NCBI GenBank assembly: GCA_965247115.1
Contig: CBDFGR010000002.1
Coordinates: 1,600,001-1,664,000 of the forward strand
Origin: Myxococcota bacterium
GTDB taxonomy: Bacteria > Myxococcota_A > UBA9160 > SZUA-336
Reading direction: 5' to 3'
DNA length: 64,000 nucleotides
A model generated the notes under the pieces. The model was not told where the DNA came from. It ran no database searches and worked only from the letters and a program-made list of their open reading frames with translations. Position 1 is the stretch's first letter. Each line of letters starts with the position of its first letter. Shown here piece after piece: positions 44,478 to 54,814 of this stretch. Made by a program: the position numbers and the translations under genes.

Positions 44478-45635
44478 ATGGAGACCGCCACCGTCACGGT
44501 CGCGATCTTCCTCTTCGCGGTCATTGCACTCGCCTTCTCTCCCCTCATGACCTGGGTGGAGCGCAAGCAGAGCGCACTCATGCAGGACAGGATCGGGGCC
44601 AACCGCGCCGACATCTTCGGCGTGAAGGCGATCGGGCTGATCCATCCGCTCGCCGACGCGATCAAGATGATCACCAAGGAGGACATGATCCCGACCGGAG
44701 GAGACAGGCTCCTCCACACGATCAGCCCCTTTATCGCCGTCTTCCCCGCGGTCGTGAGCTTCGCGATCATTCCGTACGGGGGGAGCTACAACGCCTGGGG
44801 CGCCTCCTGGCAGCTCGTCGTGGCGGACCTCGACTACGGCGTGCTCTACATCTTCGCCATCGGGTCCATCGCGACCTACGGCTCCATGCTGGCCGGCTGG
44901 GCCGGCAACAACAACTGGGGAATCCTCGGCTCGATCCGCGTCTCCGCGCAGATGATCTCCTACGAGGTCGCGATGGGCGTCTCAGCGATCGGTATCTTCA
45001 TGATCTTCCACACGCTGCGGCTCACCGAGATGGGGCTCGCGCAGCAGGAGACCTTCCGCCTGCTCGGCTTCGTCGAGCACTTTGGCTGGGTCGGGCCGGG
45101 CACGGGCTGGGTCGATCTCGTGAAGCTGCCGATGTGGGGGATCCTCCTGCAGCCCCTCGGCTTCTTCATGTTCCTGACCGCGATCATGGCCGAGAACAAG
45201 CGCGCTCCCTTCGACACGCCAGAGGGTGAGAACGAGATTGTCGCCGGCTACTTCATCGAGTACAGCGGCATGAAGTTCGGCATCTTCATGTTGGGGGAGT
45301 GGATCGAGGTCGTCGTCATCGCCGGCCTCATGACGGCGATGTTCCTGGGTGGCTGGTCCATCCCATATCTGCCGGACACCCAGCTGATCGCCGGCCTGGG
45401 CAGCGTATTCGGGCCCAACATGGGCAACGTACTGGCGATGGTGATCCACGTAGGCGTGTTCTTCAGCAAGGTGATCGTGCTGATCTGGTTTCAGATGCTG
45501 CTGCGCTGGAGTCTGCCCCGCTTCCGCTACGACCAGGTCATGAACCTTGGCTGGAAGATCCTGCTGCCCCTGTCGCTCGCGAACATCGTAGTGACGGCCC
45601 TGGGTATCCTCCTCGTCGACGAGATCATCCACTGA
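44478..45635 (+). CDS. nuoH: NADH-quinone oxidoreductase subunit H
   Basis: ERK...QDRIG, ADAIK, AQMISYEV, RAPFD, EYSG, LPRFRYDQ. Confidence 0.95.
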   Translation: METATVTVAIFLFAVIALAFSPLMTWVERKQSALMQDRIGANRADIFGVKAIGLIHPLADAIKMITKEDMIPTGGDRLLHTISPFIAVFPAVVSFAIIPYGGSYNAWGASWQLVVADLDYGVLYIFAIGSIATYGSMLAGWAGNNNWGILGSIRVSAQMISYEVAMGVSAIGIFMIFHTLRLTEMGLAQQETFRLLGFVEHFGWVGPGTGWVDLVKLPMWGILLQPLGFFMFLTAIMAENKRAPFDTPEGENEIVAGYFIEYSGMKFGIFMLGEWIEVVVIAGLMTAMFLGGWSIPYLPDTQLIAGLGSVFGPNMGNVLAMVIHVGVFFSKVIVLIWFQMLLRWSLPRFRYDQVMNLGWKILLPLSLANIVVTALGILLVDEIIH

Positions 45636-46132
45636 TGGCCGACGCACTCTTCTGGATATTCTCTGCCGCCGCCGTCGCATCGGGGATTAGTGTGGTGGCC
45701 AACGTGCGGAACACTATTTACGCGGCCGTCAGCCTGGTCGTCGCCATGCTGGCGATCGCGGGCCTGTACTTCCTGCTCCTCGCTCAGTTCGTCGCGCTGA
45801 TCCAGATCATGGTGTACGCCGGCGCGATTGTTGTGCTGTTCCTCTTCGTCATCATGCTGCTGAACCTGCGCGGCGGCAACATGGGTGCGGAGTCGCAGCC
45901 GCTACTCAAGCTGATCGGTGCGGGGATGATCGGCCTCGCGACCCTTTATCTAGCGCGTCTACTGTCGAATCTTCACGCCCCGTGGTCCGAGGTGGGGGCC
46001 GAGTTTGGGACGACGCGTGCGGTGGCCCTGGCGCTCTACACCGACTACGTGCTCGCCTTCGAGATCGCAGGGGTGCTGCTCTACGCGGGGATCGTGGCGG
46101 CCGTAGTCATTGGCAAGCGGAGTCTCGACTGA
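45635..46132 (+). CDS. nuoJ: NADH-quinone oxidoreductase subunit J
   Basis: [26 protein letters not shown]. Confidence 0.94.
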   Translation: MADALFWIFSAAAVASGISVVANVRNTIYAAVSLVVAMLAIAGLYFLLLAQFVALIQIMVYAGAIVVLFLFVIMLLNLRGGNMGAESQPLLKLIGAGMIGLATLYLARLLSNLHAPWSEVGAEFGTTRAVALALYTDYVLAFEIAGVLLYAGIVAAVVIGKRSLD

Positions 46133-46440
46133 TGGGCGAGATCGCGGCCTGGCAGTTCCAGACGGTCGCAGCCGCGCTGTTCATGATTGGCGCCCTCGGC
46201 GTGCTGGTGCGCCGCAACATCATCGTCATGTTCATGTGCATCGAGCTCATGCTCAACGCCGCGAACCTGTCCCTGGTGGCATTCAGTCGTGAGCTCAACG
46301 ACCACGCCGGGCAAATCTTCGTCTTCATGGTGATGGTCGTAGCCGCCGTGGAGGTGGCGGTCGGCCTGGCGATCATCATCAGCCTTGTGCGGAACCGGGA
46401 CACCGTGAACATCGAAGAAACCAGCCTGATGAAGTGGTAG
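46132..46440 (+). CDS. nuoK: NADH-quinone oxidoreductase subunit K
   Basis: [30 protein letters not shown]. Confidence 0.96.
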   Translation: MGEIAAWQFQTVAAALFMIGALGVLVRRNIIVMFMCIELMLNAANLSLVAFSRELNDHAGQIFVFMVMVVAAVEVAVGLAIIISLVRNRDTVNIEETSLMKW

Positions 46441-46445
46441 GGGTC

Positions 46446-48494
46446 ATGGGCGAGGACACGAGCGAGCTGTTGCGCTGGATTCCGCTGCTCCCGCTGCTCG
46501 CTGCGGTGCTGAGCGGGGTGTGGCTCGTCTTCGCCCCCCGCGACCTGCCGCGGAGGGTCGTCAGCGTACTGGCATGCGGTGCTCCGATCGCCTCGTTTCT
46601 GATCTCGTTCCGGGTCGTCTGGGAGCTGGCAACGAACGTGGATGGGCCGGATCGCTACCTGCTCGATCACGTCTACACGTGGGTCTCGGTACACCCCTTC
46701 CATGCGGAGCTCTCGTTTCTGCTGGATCCGCTGTCCGCGATCATGGTCCTGATCGTGACCGGTGTGGGATCGCTGATCCACGTCTACTCCATCGGCTACA
46801 TGGACGACGACGAGCGCGAGGATCGCGGCTACCAGCGCTTCTTCGTCTACTTGAACCTGTTCACCTTCGCGATGCTGATGCTGGTGCTCGGCGACAACCT
46901 GCTCGTGATGTTCGTGGGCTGGGAGGGCGTGGGCCTCTGCTCCTACCTGCTGATCGGGTTCTGGTATCTCGACGACCACAACGCCGCCTGCGGCCAGAAG
47001 GCATTCGTCGTCAATCGCATCGGCGACTTCGGCTTCCTGCTCGGGATCTTCCTGCTGTTCTGGACCTTCTTCGAGGCGGGCGTGCCGAGCATCGAATTTC
47101 GCGAGATGACCGCGAACGTGGCGGCCATCAGCGAGCGCTCCGTAGAAGTTCCGCAGTGGCTGGGGATGCTGGGGCTCGCGGTGCCGAGCTGGAAGCTCGT
47201 CACGCTGGCGGGAATCTGTCTCTTCGTCGGAGCCTGCGGAAAGTCGGCTCAGCTTCCACTCTACGTCTGGCTGCCCGACGCGATGGCGGGACCGACTCCC
47301 GTCTCCGCCCTCATCCACGCCGCCACCATGGTGACCGCCGGCGTCTACATGGTCTGCCGCATGTCTTTCCTCTATGCGGTCGCGCCAGGGGCGAGCGCCA
47401 CGGTCGCCTGGGTCGGAGGCTTGACGGCGCTCTTCGCGGCGACCATCGCTCTGGGCCAGAAGGACATCAAGAAGGTCTTGGCCTACTCCACCGTGAGCCA
47501 GCTCGGGTACATGTTCCTCGCGGCTGGCGTCATGTCGTACAGCGCGGCGATCTTTCATCTCGCGACGCACGCGTTCTTCAAGGCCTTGCTCTTCCTCGGT
47601 GCGGGCGCCGTGATCCTCGGAATGCACCACGAGCAGAGCACCGATCTGATGGGTGGGCTGCGCCGCCGCATGCCATGGACCCACGGCACCTTCCTGGTCG
47701 GCGTCCTGGCTATCGCCGGAACTCCCGGGTTCTCCGGCTACTTCTCCAAGGACGAGATTCTGCTCGGGGTCTACCTCGCGCACGACATCCCGGGCCACCT
47801 GACGCTCTGGGGGATCGGCGTGCTGACGGCGGGGTTGACCGCCCTCTACATGTTCCGGCTCTACTTCCTGACCTTCACCGGTCAGAACCGAGCCTCGCCC
47901 GAGGCCCGCAGCCACATCCGCGAGCAGCGAAACTGGATCCTGGTGCCGCTCGTGGTGCTGGCCGTTCTCTCGCTCTGCGGGGGCTGGCTGTCACTCCCGG
48001 ACATCTACGGGGAGTGGTTCGGAGTTCCCGAGTCGAACAGCCTCCATTACTTCCTGCAGCCGGTTGCCCCCTCCCCCGACCATGGCGACGTGAGCCACGC
48101 GCTCGAGTACTCCCTCGCGCTCGTGGCCGTGCTGAGTGCAGGAATTGGAGCCGCCCTTGCGGCGTACTTCTACTTCTACAGGTGCGATGTTCTCCCGCGC
48201 CTGGTCGAGCGCGTCGGGCCCGCGTACCGGCTGCTCGCGAACAAGTACTGGATCGACGAGCTCTACGACGCGGTCATCGTCAGACCCCTGGTCCGCTTCT
48301 CGGACACCTTCCTGTACCGCGTCGTGGACGCCCGGATCGTGGACCAGCTCGGTGTGAACGGCGTCGCCCACGTCGTACGGGGAACCGCCGATCGCGGCCT
48401 GAAGTTCCTGCAGACGGGAATGACCCAGACCTACGTGTTCGGCATGCTTGTCGGCTGCATCATTCTCGTCGCGTTTCTGCTGAGGGACCTCTGA
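46446..48494 (+). CDS. nuoL: NADH-quinone oxidoreductase subunit L
   Basis: GWEGVGLCSYLLIGFW, NRIGD, GKSAQLPLYVWLPDAMAGPTPVSALIHAATM, HAFFKALLF. Confidence 0.96.
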   Translation: MGEDTSELLRWIPLLPLLAAVLSGVWLVFAPRDLPRRVVSVLACGAPIASFLISFRVVWELATNVDGPDRYLLDHVYTWVSVHPFHAELSFLLDPLSAIMVLIVTGVGSLIHVYSIGYMDDDEREDRGYQRFFVYLNLFTFAMLMLVLGDNLLVMFVGWEGVGLCSYLLIGFWYLDDHNAACGQKAFVVNRIGDFGFLLGIFLLFWTFFEAGVPSIEFREMTANVAAISERSVEVPQWLGMLGLAVPSWKLVTLAGICLFVGACGKSAQLPLYVWLPDAMAGPTPVSALIHAATMVTAGVYMVCRMSFLYAVAPGASATVAWVGGLTALFAATIALGQKDIKKVLAYSTVSQLGYMFLAAGVMSYSAAIFHLATHAFFKALLFLGAGAVILGMHHEQSTDLMGGLRRRMPWTHGTFLVGVLAIAGTPGFSGYFSKDEILLGVYLAHDIPGHLTLWGIGVLTAGLTALYMFRLYFLTFTGQNRASPEARSHIREQRNWILVPLVVLAVLSLCGGWLSLPDIYGEWFGVPESNSLHYFLQPVAPSPDHGDVSHALEYSLALVAVLSAGIGAALAAYFYFYRCDVLPRLVERVGPAYRLLANKYWIDELYDAVIVRPLVRFSDTFLYRVVDARIVDQLGVNGVAHVVRGTADRGLKFLQTGMTQTYVFGMLVGCIILVAFLLRDL

Positions 48495-48495
48495 A

Positions 48496-50142
48496 GTGCC
48501 CTCCGCGCTGAGCCAGCTGATCGAGACCAACCTGCTCTCTACGCTGGTCTTCTTGCCGCTGGTGAGCGTCGCGGCGCTGCTCCTGCTTCAGCCGTGGGTG
48601 CGGCTCTCGGACCTCACCTGGAAGGTCGTTGCGTTCGTCACCTCTATCGTCGGCTTCGGCCTTTCGCTCGAGCTGTGGAGCCGTTTCGACGCCAGCCTGG
48701 GGAAGATCCAGCTCGTCGAGCACGTCGACTGGATCCCGGACTACGGGATCACGTACTACATGGGCGTCGACGGGATCAGTCTGTTCCTGGTCGTACTCAC
48801 GTGCTTCCTCTCGCCCGTCATCCTGCTCGCATCCTGGAACGAGATCACGAAGCGGGTGAAGGAGTACGTCTTCTTCATGCTCGCCCTGCAGACGGGGATG
48901 CTGGGCGCGTTCCTCGCGCTCAACATGTTCCTGTTTTACGTATTCTGGGAAGTGATGCTGATCCCGATGTACTTCGTGATCGGGATCTGGGGCGGCCCCC
49001 GCAGGCTCTATGCCACGATCAAGTTCTTCATCTACACCATGGTGGGCAGCCTGCTCATGCTCGTGGGCATCCTGGTGCTCGCGTATCTGCACTTCCAGCA
49101 GTTCGGCGTCTTGACGTTCGACTACTTCGGCGTCGAGGGTGCCACCGGAATCCTGGATACCATGATCCTCACCGATGGGGGCCCGTGGTGGCAGACGCAG
49201 CACTGGCTCTTTGCAGCCTTCGCACTGGCCTTCGCCATCAAGGTGCCGATGTTCCCGTTCCACACCTGGCTGCCCGATGCCCACGTCGAGGCGCCTACGC
49301 CGGGATCCGCCGTGCTCGCCGGCGTACTGCTCAAGCTCGGCAGCTACGGCTTCGTGCGCTACGCCCTGCCCCTTTTTCCGCAGGCCGTCCTGGATCTGTC
49401 CTTCTGGGTGATCGTGGGCTGCTGCATCGGCATCGTCTACGGCGCTCTCGTTGCCATGGTACAGACGGACGTGAAGAAGCTTGTCGCCTACTCGTCCGTG
49501 AGCCACATGGGCTTCGTGGTGCTCGGGACCTTTGCCTTGAATCCTCAGGGGCTGCAGGGGTCGATCCTGCAGATGATCAACCACGGCGTGTCGACGGGAG
49601 CCCTCTTCATCCTGGTCGGTATGCTCTACGAGCGGCGGCACGAGCGGGAGATCAGCGCCTTCGGCGGCCTCGCCCACGTGATGCCGGTCTACGCGAGCTT
49701 CTTCCTGCTCGCAACGCTGAGCTCGATCGGGTTGCCCGCGCTCAACGGGTTCGTCGGCGAGTTCCTGATCCTGCTGGGCGCATTCGCCACATCGCCATGG
49801 GCGGCCTTCGTCGCAACCACGGGGGTGATCCTGGCCGCCGTGTACATGCTGTGGATGGTACGCAGGGTCTTCTTCGGTCCCGTGGTTCACGAGATCAACC
49901 AGAGGCTGTCGGATCTGAGTCCCCGCGAGAAGCTCGTTGCTGTCGTTCTGGCGCTTCCGATGATCTGGATCGGTGTATACCCGGCTAGCTTCCTCGTACC
50001 GATGAACGCATCCGTTGAGCAGCTGCTGCGAACCATGGAGGAGCGAGGTGCGGACATCGCCGCGTACAACGGAGGCCACTCCTCGCTTGTGCGGATTGCT
50101 GCTCCCGAGGCTGCCGAGAGCATAGGATCGGGAGACGAGTGA
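48496..50142 (+). CDS. nuoM: NADH-quinone oxidoreductase subunit M
   Basis: FWEVMLIP, IKVPMFPFHTWLPDAHVEAP, AYSSVSHMG, GFVGEF. Confidence 0.96.
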   Translation: MPSALSQLIETNLLSTLVFLPLVSVAALLLLQPWVRLSDLTWKVVAFVTSIVGFGLSLELWSRFDASLGKIQLVEHVDWIPDYGITYYMGVDGISLFLVVLTCFLSPVILLASWNEITKRVKEYVFFMLALQTGMLGAFLALNMFLFYVFWEVMLIPMYFVIGIWGGPRRLYATIKFFIYTMVGSLLMLVGILVLAYLHFQQFGVLTFDYFGVEGATGILDTMILTDGGPWWQTQHWLFAAFALAFAIKVPMFPFHTWLPDAHVEAPTPGSAVLAGVLLKLGSYGFVRYALPLFPQAVLDLSFWVIVGCCIGIVYGALVAMVQTDVKKLVAYSSVSHMGFVVLGTFALNPQGLQGSILQMINHGVSTGALFILVGMLYERRHEREISAFGGLAHVMPVYASFFLLATLSSIGLPALNGFVGEFLILLGAFATSPWAAFVATTGVILAAVYMLWMVRRVFFGPVVHEINQRLSDLSPREKLVAVVLALPMIWIGVYPASFLVPMNASVEQLLRTMEERGADIAAYNGGHSSLVRIAAPEAAESIGSGDE

Positions 50143-51680
50143 TGTCGCCGGCCATCGAGCTCTCCGCCATCGTACCCATGATCGTGGTCGCCGCGGGCGT
50201 CTTGTTCCTACCTCTCGCTGAGGTGCTCCTGGCCCGTCGGAAGACGATTCTCGGCACTACACTCACGCGCGAGCTCCGCGGCAAGTACCTGGCCTCTGGA
50301 AGCGCGATCATTCTCGTGTACGCGCTCGTGCTGACGCTGAACACTGACGGTGCGTTGGCGTTGCCCTTCAACGCATCCTATCCGCTGATGGTGATGGACC
50401 GGGTGACACAGTTCCTGATCGCGGTGGTGCTGGTCGGAGCGACATTGACTGTGCTGGTGTCCAGCAAGTTCCTCGTGGATCTGGGGACGAGCTACGGTGA
50501 GTACTACGCGCTCGTGCTCTCGTCGGTAGTCGGCATGATGTTCCTGGTGGCCGCGACCGACCTCATGATGCTTTTCCTCTCCCTCGAGCTCATGAGCATT
50601 CCCGTGTACGCGCTGGCGGGGATCCGACGCTCGTCGCTTCGTTCGAACGAGTCGGCACTCAAGTACTTCCTGATCGGCTCGTTCGCATCGGCCATCCTGC
50701 TCTACGGCTCGGCACTCCTGTACGGCGCCACGGGCTCGCTCTCGATCTACGCGATCGGAGACGGCTTCGACCCGGAGAATCCCATGGCCATGCTAGGTGC
50801 GGGTCTGGTCCTGGCGGCCCTGGGCTTTAAGATCGCGTCCGTGCCGTTCCACCAGTGGGCGCCGGACGCCTACGAGGGTGCTCCCACGACCGTCAGCGCC
50901 TTCATGGCCACCGCGGTCAAGGTTGCGGCGTTCGGGGCGCTGCTGCGGATCGTCGGCATCGCCCTCCAACCGGCGGCAGACTCGATCTACACCATCATCT
51001 GGGTCCTCGCAGCGCTCTCGATGACCGTCGGGAACGTGATGGCGATCATCCAGCGCAACGCGAAGCGCATGCTTGCGTACTCGAGCGTCGCGCACGCGGG
51101 CTACCTCCTGGTCGGCGTCCTCGTCGGTGGAACGATGGGCCACTCGGCCGTGCTCTTCTATCTGCTCGTATACACGTTCATGACGATCGGTGCGTTCACC
51201 GTGGTCGCGATCCTGGCAAAGGACGGCGAGGAGTACGACCGCATCGACGACCTCGCGGGGCTCATCACCACCCGGCCCTTCCCGGCCGTGGTCATGGCGA
51301 TCTGCATGTTCTCGCTGGCTGGCATCCCGTTCACGGCCGGCTTCATGGGGAAGTTCCAGCTGTTCCTGGCCGCGATCGAACGCGGCACCCTCACCGCCGA
51401 CACCTCGCTGTACGCCATTGCGATCATCGGCGTGCTGAATAGCGGGATCTCCCTCGCCTACTACCTCCGGGTGCCGATGGTCATGTTCATGCAGCAGCCG
51501 CAGCGAGAGGCGCCCGCGCGGGGGCAGCTGACATTCTTCGAGTACGTTGTCCTCGGTTTGTGTGGAGCAGCGACCTTGCTGCTGGGGGTAGTTCCTCACG
51601 ATGTGTTCGTCATCGTTGGAGCTGCAGACGTGGACGTCCTGGCTCTGGCCAAGCAAGCAGCGGCGTCTCTAGCTAGGTAG
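50139..51680 (+). CDS. nuoN: NADH-quinone oxidoreductase subunit N
   Basis: ESALKYF, FKIASVPFHQWAPDAYEGAP, KRMLAYSSVAHAGY, SLAGIP. Confidence 0.95.
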   Translation: MMSPAIELSAIVPMIVVAAGVLFLPLAEVLLARRKTILGTTLTRELRGKYLASGSAIILVYALVLTLNTDGALALPFNASYPLMVMDRVTQFLIAVVLVGATLTVLVSSKFLVDLGTSYGEYYALVLSSVVGMMFLVAATDLMMLFLSLELMSIPVYALAGIRRSSLRSNESALKYFLIGSFASAILLYGSALLYGATGSLSIYAIGDGFDPENPMAMLGAGLVLAALGFKIASVPFHQWAPDAYEGAPTTVSAFMATAVKVAAFGALLRIVGIALQPAADSIYTIIWVLAALSMTVGNVMAIIQRNAKRMLAYSSVAHAGYLLVGVLVGGTMGHSAVLFYLLVYTFMTIGAFTVVAILAKDGEEYDRIDDLAGLITTRPFPAVVMAICMFSLAGIPFTAGFMGKFQLFLAAIERGTLTADTSLYAIAIIGVLNSGISLAYYLRVPMVMFMQQPQREAPARGQLTFFEYVVLGLCGAATLLLGVVPHDVFVIVGAADVDVLALAKQAAASLAR

Positions 51681-51684
51681 CGCC

Positions 51685-51935
51685 GTCGGAGGTCCGGAAA
51701 CGTCCCGGGCGGACTCCGCTCCTTGCGTGCACAGAGGAACTGCACGCCTCCGGCACCGCTACCACAGTCCGCCGGAGGACGTTCCCGACCTCCGACTCCT
51801 TGCCAAACCAGCACCCTGCAAGCGCCGCAGAGCGGCGCGCGCAGCGAAGGCCGGCGCGCGCAGCGCAAGCGCCGAAGGCCGAAGGCGAGCGAAGAGTGGG
51901 TGGCCGCGGACGCCCGCGGCCGGGTCCCACAAGAC
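51685..51935. repeat. Composite cluster: family-C hairpin (copy 3, 51685-51803) plus a family-A unit (about 51822-51935)
   Basis: Imperfect 31-nt arms around a 50-nt loop ending CACCGCTACCAC, then TCCTTGC; GCCGAAGGCGAGCGAAGAGTGGGTGG...GGGTCCCACAAGAC matches family A. Confidence 0.8.
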
Positions 51936-52954
51936 TAGCTCTTCAGGACCAGCTCCAGGGCGGCTCTGGCGGAGCGGGGTGGGGATTCGGCGAACCGTTT
52001 GATGTCGATGCCTTCGGCCTTGCCCATGGAGCCGTCTATGTAGCGGCGGTAGACGCCCTCGGTGATGGCGGCGCTGCGCCAGTAGGAGAGGGCTCGGTAG
52101 TAGTCGATGCGTGAGAGGTTGCGAGCAGAAGAGCGGGCGTAGCGCTCGATCAGGTCTTCGCGCGTTTGGAAGCCGCCGGCGGCTGTCGGGGTATTGTCTG
52201 CGCGGCCGTCCGCATCGCCGGGGGATACCCAGCTGTTGAGCAGGTAGCCCACGTCCGCCAGCGGGTCGCCGAGGGTGCAGAGCTCCCAGTCGAGCACTGC
52301 CTGGATTTTGGAACCTGTGATGATCATGTTGCCCAGGCGGTAGTCGCCGTGGGCGATGCTAGCGCCGATCTGCTCGGGCATGCGGCGCTCGAGCTCCCTG
52401 TGTGCTTCTTCCATCTCCGGGATCTCTCGGGTCTTGGAGTTCTCCCACTGCATGGACCAGCGGCGTAGCTGGCGGGCGATGTAGCCTTCCTTGCGGCCGA
52501 GGTCGCCCAGGCCGACGGCGTCCGGATTGACCTTGTGGAGGCTTACCAGCACGTCGACCACGTCGTTCCCGATCAGTACCCGATCTTCGGCCGCCAGTTT
52601 GGCGCCGTCGGCCGAGCTATAGGGGACCATGCCTTCGACGAATCCCATCACGTAGAACGGGGCATCGTTTACGGCAGGGTCTTCGCAGAGTCCCAGTATC
52701 GGAGGCACGGGGACGTCGGTGGGTCCCAGCGCCGACACGATCTTGTGCTCTCGTGCCATGTCGTGAGCGCTCTGGAGGATGCCGGCGAACGGCGGACGTC
52801 GCAGTACGAAGGCGCCTCCCTCGCTGTCCGTCACCTTGAAGGTCAGGTTCGAGTGCCCGCCCACCATCAGCTCGAAGTGGAGTGGCGGTCGCGCTTGGTG
52901 GACGTTCTCCTGGAACCACTCGGTCACGCTGTCCGCGCGAATACCCTCGACCAT
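51935..52954 (-). CDS. Phosphotransferase family protein (APH-like, ACAD10/11 N-terminal type)
   Basis: GGHSNLTF, VLRRPP, SAHDMARE, HGDYRLGN, VLDWELCTLGDPLAD. Confidence 0.9.
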   Translation of the reverse strand: MVEGIRADSVTEWFQENVHQARPPLHFELMVGGHSNLTFKVTDSEGGAFVLRRPPFAGILQSAHDMAREHKIVSALGPTDVPVPPILGLCEDPAVNDAPFYVMGFVEGMVPYSSADGAKLAAEDRVLIGNDVVDVLVSLHKVNPDAVGLGDLGRKEGYIARQLRRWSMQWENSKTREIPEMEEAHRELERRMPEQIGASIAHGDYRLGNMIITGSKIQAVLDWELCTLGDPLADVGYLLNSWVSPGDADGRADNTPTAAGGFQTREDLIERYARSSARNLSRIDYYRALSYWRSAAITEGVYRRYIDGSMGKAEGIDIKRFAESPPRSARAALELVLKS

Positions 52955-53098
52955 GGCGACGATTCTATACGACCCATGCGCAAAGGGGAGCAGCCTCTGA
53001 GCGGAGGTCCCGCAATGCAGACCCCGTGGATCTATGATGATCCCGAGGAGGAGTCATGCGAGCTGCAGTGACGCGCCCCGCGACGTGGAGACTGACAG

Positions 53099-54742
53099 GT
53101 GACGGTGCCTGAAGCCCCTGACCCCGCTGGGGGCGGAGCGCCGGCCGCAGCGCCGGTCGGTGGACGCTACGCAAAGTACGTCCTCGCGGTCCTGGTCCTC
53201 GTCTACATCTTCAACTTCATCGACCGGCAGATCCTCTCGATCCTGGCAGAGGAGATAAAGGCTGACATCGGGATTTCGGACGCTCAGCTCGGCTTCCTGT
53301 ATGGAACGGCCTTCGCGGTGTTCTACGCCGTGTTCGGGATCCCGCTCGGCAGGCTGGGTGACGTGTGGGTACGCAAGAGCCTGATCTCGATCGGCCTGGC
53401 CTTCTGGAGCGTGATGACCGCCCTCTCGGGTACGGCACGCAGCTTCCTCACGCTCGGCACGTACCGCATCGGTGTCGGCGTCGGCGAGGCGAGCGCGACG
53501 CCCGCGGCCTTCTCCATGCTCTCCGACTACTTTCCGCCGAGCCAGCGCGCGACGGCCCTCGCGGTCTACTCGAGTGGCGTCTACATCGGTGCTGGGATCG
53601 GCATCTTTCTCGGCGGCTGGATCGTCGATGCGTGGGCGGCAGCCTTTCCCGACGGGGACTCCCCGTTCGGCCTGCGCGGTTGGCAGGCCGCCTTCTTCGT
53701 GGTGGGTCTTCCTGGCGTCCTCATGGCGCTCTGGGTGGGGTCGCTGCGCGAGCCCATCCGCGGGCAGAGCGAGGGGATCACCGAGGCCACGCCGCATCCC
53801 CATCCGTTTCGCGAGCTGGCCCGGGAGCTTGCGGCGGTGCTGCCCCCGCTCACGTTGAGAACGCTGTGGCGGGCCGGGGTGGGACCTCGCGGCATGCTGA
53901 TCAACCTGGCCTTTGCAACCGCCCTCGCGGTCCTCGCCTGGCTGCTGGGCGACTTGCTCGGCTCACCCGAGCAGTGGATCGCTCTCGGGATCGGCGTGTA
54001 TGCCTCCTTCTCCTGGGCTCAGGGGCTCGCCCTACGCGATCCTCCCACCTTCGCCATGATCTTCAAGAGTCGTGCGTTGATCTACGCGAGCCTCGCGTTC
54101 CCCTCGATCGCGTTTGTCACCTACGGGCTGGGCTTCTGGGTTGCTCCCTTCTTTCTGCGCGTGCACGGTGTCAGCGCTGGCGAGGCCGGAACCTTTCTCG
54201 GGCTCGCGACCGCCCTTGGCGGCTGGCTGGGCGTTACCGCTGGCGGCTACCTGTCCGATGTCTTCAAGCGCCGGAGGGCGAACGCCCGGCTCTACATGGG
54301 CTACGCCACGGTGGTGCTATCGGTCCCGGTGGGCCTCTGGCTGCTCTCGACGGACAACCTCTACCTGGCCTACGCGCTCAATTTCGTGTTCGCGATCGTT
54401 TCCCCGCTCTGGATCGGTGGGGCTGCAACGCTTGTGAACGAGCTCGTCATGCCGCGCATGCGGGGTACCGCCTCTGCGTTCTACATCCTGATGATCACGT
54501 TCATCGGGCTCGCGCTAGGTCCCTACAGCATCGGTAAGCTGAGCGATGCCCTCGCTCAGGGGGGGATGGCGAGTGGTGAGGCGCTGCGCACGAGCATGAT
54601 GCTTGGGCTCGGACCCTTTGCGCTCACGCTGCTCTTCCTGTTGCTGGCCTCCCGACACGTCAAGGTCGAGGAGGACGGCCGCCTCGAGCGAGCGCTCGCG
54701 GCCGGTGAGCCGACCACGCCGATCGCGATCCCCGCGGAGTAA
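53099..54742 (+). CDS. MFS transporter (spinster-like)
   Basis: FNFIDRQIL, GRLGDVWVRK, RIGVGVGEA, LSDYFPP; about 12-14 TM segments. Confidence 0.9.
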   Translation: MTVPEAPDPAGGGAPAAAPVGGRYAKYVLAVLVLVYIFNFIDRQILSILAEEIKADIGISDAQLGFLYGTAFAVFYAVFGIPLGRLGDVWVRKSLISIGLAFWSVMTALSGTARSFLTLGTYRIGVGVGEASATPAAFSMLSDYFPPSQRATALAVYSSGVYIGAGIGIFLGGWIVDAWAAAFPDGDSPFGLRGWQAAFFVVGLPGVLMALWVGSLREPIRGQSEGITEATPHPHPFRELARELAAVLPPLTLRTLWRAGVGPRGMLINLAFATALAVLAWLLGDLLGSPEQWIALGIGVYASFSWAQGLALRDPPTFAMIFKSRALIYASLAFPSIAFVTYGLGFWVAPFFLRVHGVSAGEAGTFLGLATALGGWLGVTAGGYLSDVFKRRRANARLYMGYATVVLSVPVGLWLLSTDNLYLAYALNFVFAIVSPLWIGGAATLVNELVMPRMRGTASAFYILMITFIGLALGPYSIGKLSDALAQGGMASGEALRTSMMLGLGPFALTLLFLLLASRHVKVEEDGRLERALAAGEPTTPIAIPAE

Positions 54743-54814
54743 GACCGGCGCCGCTGAAGGCAGTCTCCGCGCCCGCCGATAGTGCGAACGTAGGCACCAG
54801 CAGGGGACACCCAC

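Noticed and set aside
54782..54793. UAG read-through (pyrrolysine) from GTG 54782 into the MgtC-like gene
   Set aside because: No pyl genes are in the window and that GTG has no SD; the ATT with an SD is more parsimonious.
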